DNA of 64,000 nt from an uncultured Collinsella sp. (GTDB lineage: Bacteria > Actinomycetota > Coriobacteriia > Coriobacteriales > Coriobacteriaceae). The position numbers were made by a program, and so were the translations under genes. Positions 1 to 8,361 of this stretch are shown in pieces (the stretch's first letter is position 1; the number at the start of each line of letters is the position of its first letter). The stretch lies in contig CAAENO010000218.1 of assembly GCA_900757385.1 (NCBI GenBank), forward strand, positions 5,226 through 69,225. Direction: 5' to 3'. Below the pieces are notes generated by a model, which was not told where the DNA came from, did no database searches, and worked only from the letters and a program-made list of their open reading frames with translations.

Positions 1-1427
1 AAACGTTGCTGGCCAAGGCCGTTGCCGGCGAGGCGGGCGTGCCGTTCTTTAGCATCTCGGGTTCCGACTTTGTCGAGATGTTCGTGGGTGTCGGCGCCAG
101 CCGTGTGCGTGACCTCTTTAAGGAGGCCAAGTCTCAGGCTCCGTCAATCATCTTTATTGACGAGATCGATGCCGTGGGACGTCAGCGCGGAGCCGGTTTG
201 GGCGGCGGCCACGACGAGCGCGAGCAGACGCTCAACCAGCTGCTGGTCGAGATGGACGGTTTTGAGGAAAGCGAGTCGGTCATCCTGATCGCCGCGACCA
301 ACCGCCCCGATATTCTGGACCCGGCATTGCTGCGCCCCGGTCGTTTTGATCGTCAAGTTACGGTCGACCGTCCGGACGTGAAGGGCCGCGAGCAGATCTT
401 GCGCGTGCATGCTGAGAACAAGCCGATGGACGAGGACGTTAAGTTTGAGAAGCTCGCCCAGATGACCGTTGGCTTTACTGGTGCCGATTTGGCGAACCTG
501 CTCAACGAGTCTGCGTTGCTGGCCGCTCGCCGTCATCGTTCCGTGATCTCGATGGACGAGGTCGAGGAGTCGATGGAGCGCGTGATTGCCGGACCGCAAC
601 GCAAGGGTCGCGTGATGACCGAGGCCGAGCGCACCACGATTGCCTACCATGAGAGCGGTCACGCTTTGGTGGGCCACATCCTGGAGCACTCCGATCCGGT
701 TCATAAGATCTCGATCGTCAGCCGCGGTCAGGCCCTGGGCTACACACTGCAGCTTCCGCAGGAGGATCACTTCCTCAAGACCAAGAACGAGATGCTCGAC
801 GAGCTCGCCGTGTTCTTGGGCGGTCGCGTTGCCGAGGAGCTCATGTGCGACGACATCACGTCGGGCGCGAGCAACGATCTGGAGCGTGCGACCAAGATGG
901 CGCGCGAGATGGTCACGCGCCTGGGCATGAGCGAGGAACTGGGTACGCAAGTGTTTGGTGAGGCGCAGCATCAGGTATTCCTTGGTCGCGATTACGCCGA
1001 TCACCAGGATTACTCCGAGGAGACGGCGCGCCGCATCGATATCGAGGTTCAGCGCATTATGCGTGAGGCCCATCGTCGTGCGGTCGAGATCCTGGACGCC
1101 CGTCGCGATCAGCTCGATCTGATGGCGAAGGTGCTGCTTGAGCGCGAGACTGTCGAGGGCGATGCCGTGAATGCCCTGCTCGATAACGAGTGGGACGCCT
1201 ACCTTGAGCGCGAGGGCGATATCCTGGCGGCCAAGGAGGAGCGCAATGCCAAGGCGGCCGGCATGCCGACCAAGAAGCGCGCGCCTCGTATGAGCGAGGA
1301 AGAGCTGGCGGCTGATGCCGCGGCCTTTGCGCAGGCGGCCATGCAGGAGGATGCCGAAGCCGCATCCGATGATGCCGGTGATGGCAATGCTGCCAACGCT
1401 GACGGCAACACCGACGCCGACAAATAG
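1..1427 (+). CDS. ftsH: ATP-dependent zinc metalloprotease FtsH, 3' part (5' end outside window)
   Basis: Walker [15 protein letters not shown] motif [20 protein letters not shown], zinc motif [15 protein letters not shown]. Confidence 0.97.
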   Translation, partial: TLLAKAVAGEAGVPFFSISGSDFVEMFVGVGASRVRDLFKEAKSQAPSIIFIDEIDAVGRQRGAGLGGGHDEREQTLNQLLVEMDGFEESESVILIAATNRPDILDPALLRPGRFDRQVTVDRPDVKGREQILRVHAENKPMDEDVKFEKLAQMTVGFTGADLANLLNESALLAARRHRSVISMDEVEESMERVIAGPQRKGRVMTEAERTTIAYHESGHALVGHILEHSDPVHKISIVSRGQALGYTLQLPQEDHFLKTKNEMLDELAVFLGGRVAEELMCDDITSGASNDLERATKMAREMVTRLGMSEELGTQVFGEAQHQVFLGRDYADHQDYSEETARRIDIEVQRIMREAHRRAVEILDARRDQLDLMAKVLLERETVEGDAVNALLDNEWDAYLEREGDILAAKEERNAKAAGMPTKKRAPRMSEEELAADAAAFAQAAMQEDAEAASDDAGDGNAANADGNTDADK

Positions 1428-1438
1428 TTCTTGTAGCG

Positions 1439-1476
1439 AAAGCCTCTGCGGGGAAACCTGTGGAGGCTTTTCTTTT
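1439..1476 (+). terminator. Intrinsic terminator after ftsH
   Basis: AAAGCCTCTGCGGG-GAAA-CCTGTGGAGGCTTT stem followed by TCTTTT, just after the stop codon. Confidence 0.75.
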
Positions 1477-1483
1477 GAGCGAT

Positions 1484-1547
1484 ATGTTGATTGGGGACAG
1501 ACTTAAATGAGCGTTTTCACGCATTTAAGTCTGTCCCCAATCAACAT
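1484..1547. repeat. Perfect 26-bp inverted repeat (12-nt loop) containing GGGGACAG/CTGTCCCC; REP-like
   Basis: ATGTTGATTGGGGACAGACTTAAATG (1484-1509) and its reverse complement at 1522-1547. Confidence 0.85.
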
Positions 1548-1605
1548 TGCTGCGGCACTTTGCTCGGCTAAAGCGTACAATAGCGCCTATGCGAAAGGGG
1601 AACAG

Positions 1606-2796
1606 ATGATCAACGAAACTATGTATGCTCGCGGGGCGGAAAGCTCCATCATCCGTGAGATCTTTAGCTATGGCCTTGAGCGCAAGGCACAGATCGGTGC
1701 GGAGAACGTATTCGATTTTTCGCTGGGCAATCCGAGCGTTTCGGCGCCCGATACCGTGGCGGAGTCCATTAAGAAGGCCTTGGAGCTGCCGAGTGACCAG
1801 CTGCACGGCTACACCCCCGCTCCGGGCCTGCCGCAATGTCGAGCAGCCGTCGCCGAATCGCTCAACCGCCGCTTTGGAACGAACTATGAGGGCAAAGACG
1901 TCTTTATGACGGTGGGTGCCGCGGCTTCGCTCACCTGCACGCTCAACGCCGTTACGAACCCGGGCGACGAGGTTATTGTTATCGCCCCATACTTTCCGGA
2001 GTATCGCGTTTGGATTGAGAAGGCCGGCTGTACGTGTGTTGAGGCGCTCGCCAATGAAGAAACGTTCCAGCTGAGCGTGGACAACGTGCTCAAGGCGATT
2101 ACCGATAAGACGACTGCCGTCATCATCGACTCGCCCAACAATCCGACCGGTGCCGTATATACACGCGACACGCTGACGCGACTGGCCAATGTTCTGCGCG
2201 AGGTCAACGCCAAGCGTGATCCCGAGAATCCGATTATGCTCATCTCTGATGAGCCGTACCGCGAGATCGTGTACGGTGCCGAGGTGGCTTGGGTGCCCTC
2301 GATCTACGAGAACACCGTGGTGTGCTACTCGTATTCTAAGTCGCTGTCGCTGCCTGGTGAGCGCGTGGGCTGGATTTTGGTCCCCAATACGAATCCTCAG
2401 GCAGCTCGTCTAATGCCCGCCGTTGCCGGTGCCGCCCGTACGCTGGGCTTCGTGTGCGCTCCGGTGCTCTTCCAGCGCGTGATTATCGATTGCGTCGATG
2501 AGCCGAGTGACGTTGAGGCCTATGCACGCAACCGCACCGCGCTTACCGATGCACTGGCGGAGTATGGCTACACCTATGTTGAGCCGGATGGTGCATTCTA
2601 CCTGTGGGTGAAGGCGCTGGAGCCCGATGCGAACGCCTTCTGCGAGCGCGCGAAGAAGTATGAGCTGCTCGCGGTGCCTTCGGATAGCTTTGGCATGCCG
2701 GGCTGGTTCCGCCTTGGCTACTGTGTGAGCTACGAGACCATTGTCAATTCGTTGCCTGCCTGGAAGCAACTGGCCGACGAATATCGTCGAAAGTAA
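1606..2796 (+). CDS. PLP-dependent aminotransferase class I/II (aspartate aminotransferase-like)
   Basis: SLGNP, SPNNPTG, SDEPY, SYSKSLSLPGERVG (PLP lysine); ATG 1606 follows AAAGGGGAA RBS. Confidence 0.9.
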   Translation: MINETMYARGAESSIIREIFSYGLERKAQIGAENVFDFSLGNPSVSAPDTVAESIKKALELPSDQLHGYTPAPGLPQCRAAVAESLNRRFGTNYEGKDVFMTVGAAASLTCTLNAVTNPGDEVIVIAPYFPEYRVWIEKAGCTCVEALANEETFQLSVDNVLKAITDKTTAVIIDSPNNPTGAVYTRDTLTRLANVLREVNAKRDPENPIMLISDEPYREIVYGAEVAWVPSIYENTVVCYSYSKSLSLPGERVGWILVPNTNPQAARLMPAVAGAARTLGFVCAPVLFQRVIIDCVDEPSDVEAYARNRTALTDALAEYGYTYVEPDGAFYLWVKALEPDANAFCERAKKYELLAVPSDSFGMPGWFRLGYCVSYETIVNSLPAWKQLADEYRRK

Positions 2797-2812
2797 AGCG
2801 CTCTGCTTGCAA

Positions 2813-2828
2813 TGTTTTACGTGAAACG
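2813..2828. promoter_or_regulatory. parS-like site
   Basis: TGTTTTACGTGAAACG versus consensus TGTTTCACGTGAAACA (14/16), intergenic. Confidence 0.6.
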
Positions 2829-2955
2829 GGGTTTGGTGCTAAGCCAAGCCCCGTTGTTTATGCCGTTGTGTGATTGGGATGAAGCAGTTTTACGACTGCC
2901 GAAAGCTATGCGTACAATGAATATACGCGACGGCCATACTGGACAAGGAGACCCG

Positions 2956-3777
2956 ATGCCCTACCTTCTTTCTTGTGATATTCATACTCATACGATGTTC
3001 TCTGCGCATGCGTACTCAACCATCGAGGAGAACATCTATTGGGCGGCAGAGCGCGGCCTTCAGGTGCTCGGTTCAGCCGATCATTTAAGCTCGATGGTTA
3101 CGCCTTGTCCCAATGACCTGCGCAGTTTCCAATTCTTTATTAACCAGGATATCTGGCCGCGCATTTGGAGCGGCGTGCTGGTGCTTCGCGGCGCCGAGGC
3201 CGATATCGTTTCGCTGGACGGCAGCTTGTTTGGCGAGGACATTCCCGTTTCGCTCGATATCGCCGGCGATTCGTATAGTCGTGAGCATTCGCTGTTCGAT
3301 TTGGTGACGCGTAATTTGGATTATTTGGTGGCAAGCGTGCATAACCCGCAGCTCGCTGAAGGCGCGACGCTCGCCCAGACGACCGAGATGTACATCAATG
3401 CCTTGGAGCGCCCCAAGGTGTTCATGCTTGGGCATACGGGTCGTACGGGCGTGCCGTTCGATATCGATGAGGTGCTGTTGGCGGCCAAGGCCAAGCACAA
3501 GATCATCGAGATCAACAACCATAGTCTTGAGCATGGCACGGATGCCGAGCATTGGAACGTGTGTCGCAAGATTGCCGAGCGCTGCGCCGAGCTGGGCGTG
3601 GGGATCGGTGTCTCGACCGACGCACACATTGGTATGGCCATTGGCAAGCTCGACCAGGCGCGCAAGATGCTCGACGAGATTCATTTCCCGCTGGATTTGA
3701 TCGTGACGCGCGATCGCGAGACGCTGCTGCGCGAGATGGCGGCAGCCGGCGTGTGCGACCTGCGCAAGGGGATGTAG
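2956..3777 (+). CDS. PHP-domain phosphatase (YcdX-like)
   Basis: DIHTHT...HAYSTIEEN, SADH, GAEAD, LGH, STDAH metal-binding motifs; AAGGAG RBS before ATG 2956. Confidence 0.88.
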   Translation: MPYLLSCDIHTHTMFSAHAYSTIEENIYWAAERGLQVLGSADHLSSMVTPCPNDLRSFQFFINQDIWPRIWSGVLVLRGAEADIVSLDGSLFGEDIPVSLDIAGDSYSREHSLFDLVTRNLDYLVASVHNPQLAEGATLAQTTEMYINALERPKVFMLGHTGRTGVPFDIDEVLLAAKAKHKIIEINNHSLEHGTDAEHWNVCRKIAERCAELGVGIGVSTDAHIGMAIGKLDQARKMLDEIHFPLDLIVTRDRETLLREMAAAGVCDLRKGM

Positions 3778-3842
3778 CGGAGTTCATAAACCAAGCGAAG
3801 GGGGCAGTCCAGACGGGCCGCCCCCTTTCTTGTGCCGGTGGA

Positions 3843-5303
3843 TTAGCGGCGCTCGAGGACCGCGACGGTCTCGGTGTGGTCGGTATGAGGGAACATGTCG
3901 ACCGGCGTGATCTTGAGCAGGCGATAACCTCCGTCGAGGAGCTGGTGTAGGTCGCGCTCTTGGGTGACGGGGTTGCAGCTGATATAGGTGATGCGGCGCG
4001 GCTTAAGTGCGCAGGCGGCTTCGAGGAACTCGGGTGTGGAGCCGGCGCGCGGCGGGTCGATGGAGAGAACGTCAACGCGCTCGTTGTTATCGGCAGCGTC
4101 CAGGATGTAATCGGTGGCGTCGTCGGCCATAAACCAAGCGCTGCGGGTGAGGCCGTTGAGCTCGGCATTGCGGCGTGCGTCGGCAATGCCCGCCGGGTTG
4201 CGCTCCACACCGAGCAGCATGATTCCGATACCCTTGTTCTGGGCTTCTTTAGCTGCGCAAAGACCGATGGTGCCGCTGCCGCAGTAGGCATCCATAAGCA
4301 CATCGTCCTGGCGCAGATCCATGCCATCGATAGCGAGCTGGTAGAGCAGCTCGGTCTGCTGCGGGTTGGTCTGGTAGAACGCGGTAGGGGAGATATCGAA
4401 TTCGCAACCGAGCAGCTGGTCGCGCATACACTCGGCGCCATAGACGATGCGAGTCTCCTCACCCAAGATGGCGTTACCGGGGCGTCCGTTGATGTTTTGG
4501 GCAACGGTGACGATATGCGGATCGAGTGCGGCGACAGCCTCAAAGAACTCCTGCGCATGCGGCAAGTCGCGCTGAGCGGTCACGAGGGTGACCATAATCT
4601 GGTCGGTACGCCAACCGCAGCGGACGACGGCATAGCGGAGCAAGCCCAGATGCTTGTCCTCGTTAAAGGCGGGAATGTGCAGGCGCTCAGCTTCACGCGC
4701 GATGCCGTTAAGAATCTGTCGGGCGCCCGGTACCTCGACGGGGCATTCGGGCACGGCAACGATTCTGTGCGAACCGCGCTCAAAGAAGCCGCAGCGGACA
4801 GCGCCCTCCTTACCGGGAGCAAAGGGAGTGGCAGCCTTATGACGAAAACCACGCGGCGCAGGATACTTGCCCGGGTCGCCCAAGGTGACGCCCATACCGC
4901 GAATGGGGTCGACGCTAATACCCTCGCGCTCGCAAAGAGCAGCAAAAAGCTCCTCCATAGCAGCCTGCTTAGCTGCCAACTGCTTTTTATAAGGACGATT
5001 GAGCGCCGTGCACCCACCGCAAGCTTTCATGATCGAACAGGGAGACTTGGGATCCACGGCCTTACGCGCAGGCTGAGCCGAATCCTTGCGCGAGCCTTTG
5101 GAACGAACGTGAGGCGCCTTATCCCCGCTCTGACGAGAGCCAGAACGCTTGGTCTTAACCTTGCCTTTGGCCGACTTACCCTTCGCATGCTGAGATGGCT
5201 TGGATTTCTTAGAAGATTTTTTCTCCTCCGACCCCTCAGCCGCCTCGATCAAAGCACGACGAGCCTTACGCTCCGCACGAGATTCTGCCATCAATAACTC
5301 CAC
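3843..5303 (-). CDS. rlmD: 23S rRNA (uracil-C5)-methyltransferase RlmD/RumA family
   Basis: CxxxxxCGGC Fe-S motif, AFYQTN, DAYCGSGTIG, DPPRAG, YISCNP, DMFPHTDHTE; start could be 5291. Confidence 0.92.
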   Translation of the reverse strand: MELLMAESRAERKARRALIEAAEGSEEKKSSKKSKPSQHAKGKSAKGKVKTKRSGSRQSGDKAPHVRSKGSRKDSAQPARKAVDPKSPCSIMKACGGCTALNRPYKKQLAAKQAAMEELFAALCEREGISVDPIRGMGVTLGDPGKYPAPRGFRHKAATPFAPGKEGAVRCGFFERGSHRIVAVPECPVEVPGARQILNGIAREAERLHIPAFNEDKHLGLLRYAVVRCGWRTDQIMVTLVTAQRDLPHAQEFFEAVAALDPHIVTVAQNINGRPGNAILGEETRIVYGAECMRDQLLGCEFDISPTAFYQTNPQQTELLYQLAIDGMDLRQDDVLMDAYCGSGTIGLCAAKEAQNKGIGIMLLGVERNPAGIADARRNAELNGLTRSAWFMADDATDYILDAADNNERVDVLSIDPPRAGSTPEFLEAACALKPRRITYISCNPVTQERDLHQLLDGGYRLLKITPVDMFPHTDHTETVAVLERR

Positions 5304-5398
5304 TAATTCATGAATTTAAGCTGCAAGTATTGTACCGTTCCAAGCCAGCAGACGATATGCAAGCGGTTTATTCGTGTTAGTGATAAGCCCAACGACGT

Positions 5399-5535
5399 TT
5401 GCCCGCCGGGTGCCGGGGCAGGGGTTAAGTTTGTCGCGAGTTCCGCACGAACAGGAGAGCACTTAATGTGCTCTCCGTCGTGAGCAGGACTGTAGAGCAG
5501 CAAACTTAACCCCTGCCCCGGCACCCGGCGGGCAA
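5399..5535. repeat. 137-bp element with perfect 35-bp terminal inverted repeats and an internal hairpin (MITE-like or structured RNA)
   Basis: TTGCCCGCCGGGTGCCGGGGCAGGGGTTAAGTTTG (5399-5433) with exact reverse complement at 5501-5535; inner GGAGAGCAC-TTAAT-GTGCTCTCC. Confidence 0.85.
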
Positions 5536-5628
5536 GCCCTCCCTTGTACTCCATCTCACTAAAGTGTATGATTCTGAACGTTACATGACTCACTTTACTT
5601 AACTAAAGTGCCACCAAGGGGGAATACC

Positions 5629-6489
5629 ATGAATACCGATATGTCTCGTCGTCAGTTTGTTGGTCTAGCCGGCTCGCTCGCTACGGTGCTTGGCCTTGGT
5701 CTTGTCGGCTGCGGCGGTGGTGCCGGCAAGGGCTCCGCTGCTGGCTCTGCCGCGGCCAAGGATGTGAAGGGCGCTGCGGAGTCCAAGAAGCTCGTGGTGG
5801 GCTTTGACAAGTCCTACCCTCCGTACGGCTTTGTGGGCGACGATGGTGAGTACACCGGCTTTGATCTCGATCTGGCCAAGGCTGTTGCCGATAAGCAGGG
5901 CTGGGAGGTCAAATACGAGGCCATCGATTGGGATGCCAAGGACACGCTGCTCAACTCGGGTGCCATCAACTGCATCTGGAACGGCTTTACCATGGAGGGC
6001 CGCGAGGACGATTACACGTTCTCCGAGCCGTACATGCTCAACGAGCAAGTGCTCGTGGTCAAGAAGGACGCGGGTATCAAGAGCTGGGACGATCTCGCTG
6101 GCAAGACCGTGATCACTCAGACCGATTCCGCCGCACAGGATGTGCTCGAGGGCGACCAGAAGGATCTGGCCGCGACGTTTGTCACGCTCGATACCATCGG
6201 TGAGTACAACACGGCGTTTATGCAGCTCGAGAGCGGCGCGGTCGATGCCGTGGCTTGCGACCTTTCGATTGCCCAGTATCAGCTTGCCGCCAAGCCCGAT
6301 GCTTATACGCAGCTTGATGAGCCGCTGTCCAGCGAGCACTACGCCGTCGGCTTTAAGAAGGGCGACGCCAAGTCGGCCGACGCCGTGACCGAGTCGCTCA
6401 AGGCACTCTACGAGGACGGCACGGTTAAGGACCTGTGCGATAAGTATTCAAGCTATGGTCTATCCTTCGACAACTGGGTGCTCAAATAG
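5629..6489 (+). CDS. Polar amino acid ABC transporter substrate-binding lipoprotein (Tat signal)
   Basis: SRRQFVG twin-arginine motif, LVGC lipobox, SBP_bac_3 motifs YPPYGF/GFDLDLA/IDWD. Confidence 0.92.
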   Translation: MNTDMSRRQFVGLAGSLATVLGLGLVGCGGGAGKGSAAGSAAAKDVKGAAESKKLVVGFDKSYPPYGFVGDDGEYTGFDLDLAKAVADKQGWEVKYEAIDWDAKDTLLNSGAINCIWNGFTMEGREDDYTFSEPYMLNEQVLVVKKDAGIKSWDDLAGKTVITQTDSAAQDVLEGDQKDLAATFVTLDTIGEYNTAFMQLESGAVDAVACDLSIAQYQLAAKPDAYTQLDEPLSSEHYAVGFKKGDAKSADAVTESLKALYEDGTVKDLCDKYSSYGLSFDNWVLK

Positions 6490-6594
6490 CGGCTTTCCCA
6501 GGCACCCGATTTTGCCGTTCAAGCCGTCGCTTGCGTACATTTAGTACGCGGCGCTCCTCTTTCACGGCAAACTCGAGCACCTGGAAAACCCGCT
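6488..6594. repeat. Long imperfect intergenic hairpin inside the ABC operon
   Basis: Nested stems GCGGCTTTCCCAGG/CCTGGAAAACCCGC, TTTGCCGT/ACGGCAAA, GCGTAC/GTACGC. Confidence 0.65.
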
Positions 6595-6639
6595 TTAGCA
6601 TTGGGTTTGCTGTTCTGTTGTCGCGAAAGAGAGCTTAGG

Positions 6640-7293
6640 TTGTCTATTCAGGTCATGATGCAGATGCTTGGCCAGGGCTTCTTGGTCAGTTTGCAGTTGT
6701 TTGTGCTGACGCTGCTGGGGTCGATTCCGCTGGGAATCCCCGTAGCGTTTATGCGCATGAGCAAAATTGCGCCACTCCGCTGGATTGCGCGCATCTACAT
6801 TTCGGTAATGCGCGGTACGCCGCTCATGCTGCAGATGTTTGCCATCTACTTTGCCCCGTACTACGTGTTTGGCATTTCGCTCACGCCCGATTCCAAGTGG
6901 ACGGCGTGCGTCGTGGCGTTCATCATCAACTACGCCGGTTACTTTGCCGAGATCTATCGCTCGGGCTTGCAGTCCATTCCGCGCGGTCAATACGAGGCTG
7001 CCGAGGTGCTGGGCTATTCGCGCGTGCAGACGTTTCTGTATATCGTGATGCCGCAGGTCGCCAAGCGTATTCTGCCGGCGATGGGCAACGAGATCATCAC
7101 GCTGGTCAAGGACACGTCGCTGGCGTTTGCCATTGGCGTGGGTGAGATGTTCTCGACGGCCAAGGCGCTGGTCGCCTCGCAGGTGAGCATGGTGCCGTTT
7201 GCGATCGCGGCGCTGATTTACTGGGTCTTTAACTTCGTCGTCGAGATGCTGCTGGGCGCCGCCGAGAAAAAATTGGATTACTACCATGACTAA
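6640..7293 (+). CDS. Polar amino acid ABC transporter permease
   Basis: RGTPLMLQ, YFAEIYRSG, GQYEAAEVLG (EAA loop), LVKDTSL; TTG start is uncertain. Confidence 0.92.
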   Translation: MSIQVMMQMLGQGFLVSLQLFVLTLLGSIPLGIPVAFMRMSKIAPLRWIARIYISVMRGTPLMLQMFAIYFAPYYVFGISLTPDSKWTACVVAFIINYAGYFAEIYRSGLQSIPRGQYEAAEVLGYSRVQTFLYIVMPQVAKRILPAMGNEIITLVKDTSLAFAIGVGEMFSTAKALVASQVSMVPFAIAALIYWVFNFVVEMLLGAAEKKLDYYHD

Positions 7294-8050
7294 TTCGGTA
7301 ATGAATATATCGAACGCGCGCAAGGCGTTTGGCGGCAATGAGGTGCTCAAGGATATCTCGCTCGAGGTCAAGCGCGGCGAGGTCGTGGCGATTATCGGGC
7401 CTTCAGGCGGCGGTAAGTCCACGCTTCTGCGCTGCGCCACACTGCTCGAGACACTCGACGGTGGCTCGCTTTCGTTTGGCGACCTTGCCGTTGCGACGGA
7501 CGCGGGGTCGGGTGCGATATATGCGAAAGGCGACGTGCCCAAGCGGGCGCGCTCGCGATTTGGCCTGGTGTTTCAGAACTACAATCTGTTTCCGCACTAT
7601 ACGGTGATGAAAAACATCACCGATGCTCCGATTCGCGTGCTCAAGCGCCCGCGCGAGCAGGCCGAAGCACGTGCGCGTGAGCTGATCGCGCAGATGGGGC
7701 TTACGGGCAACGAGAACAAGGTGCCATGTGAGCTTTCGGGCGGTCAGCAACAGCGTGTGAGTATCGCCCGCGCCTTGGCGCTCGACCCGGAGATCTTGTT
7801 CTTTGACGAGCCGACCTCGGCGCTCGATCCCGAGCTAACGGCCGAGGTGCTGCGTGTCATTAAAGACCTTGCCGCGCAGAATATGACGATGGTGATCGTG
7901 ACCCATGCGATGCAGTTTGCGCGCGACGTTGCCGACCGCGTGGTCTTTATGGACGGCGGTCGCATTGTCGAGGAGGGTCCTGCCGAGCAGGTTATCGATC
8001 ATCCGCGTGAGCAACGTACCCGTGAGTTCTTGAGCCGTATCGAGGGGTAG
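7286..8050 (+). CDS. Polar amino acid ABC transporter ATP-binding protein
   Basis: GPSGGGKST, LSGGQQQRV, FFDEPTSALDPE, VTH. Confidence 0.95.
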   Translation: MTNSVMNISNARKAFGGNEVLKDISLEVKRGEVVAIIGPSGGGKSTLLRCATLLETLDGGSLSFGDLAVATDAGSGAIYAKGDVPKRARSRFGLVFQNYNLFPHYTVMKNITDAPIRVLKRPREQAEARARELIAQMGLTGNENKVPCELSGGQQQRVSIARALALDPEILFFDEPTSALDPELTAEVLRVIKDLAAQNMTMVIVTHAMQFARDVADRVVFMDGGRIVEEGPAEQVIDHPREQRTREFLSRIEG

Positions 8051-8084
8051 GCTCAGTTATTTACTCAACTATTAAATTGAGGTG

Positions 8085-8125
8085 AAGTCGCCGCAGGTCT
8101 TACGGTCTGTGGCGGCTTTTTGTTT
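8085..8125 (+). terminator. Intrinsic terminator after the ABC operon
   Basis: AAGTCGCCGCAGG...CTGTGGCGGCTTTTTGTTT. Confidence 0.7.
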
Positions 8126-8361
8126 GCGTCGACGGGGTTCAATAATCGCCTCACAAGCTTGTCTCCTCCTCTCGCCGCCTGTATTCATACGTGCGCCGAA
8201 AGGTATGCATGGACAGTCGCCCGTGAGGGTAGGGTGGTGGCATAGGACATTTGGAGGGTGAGTCGGCTCGGCTGCCGACCATGCTGCTCCCGGGACGGCA
8301 CCGACCGCGAACCCTCCCCGTTGGCGTCGCGCCTTGCGCGCGGCCCTGCAAGGAGGTCATC

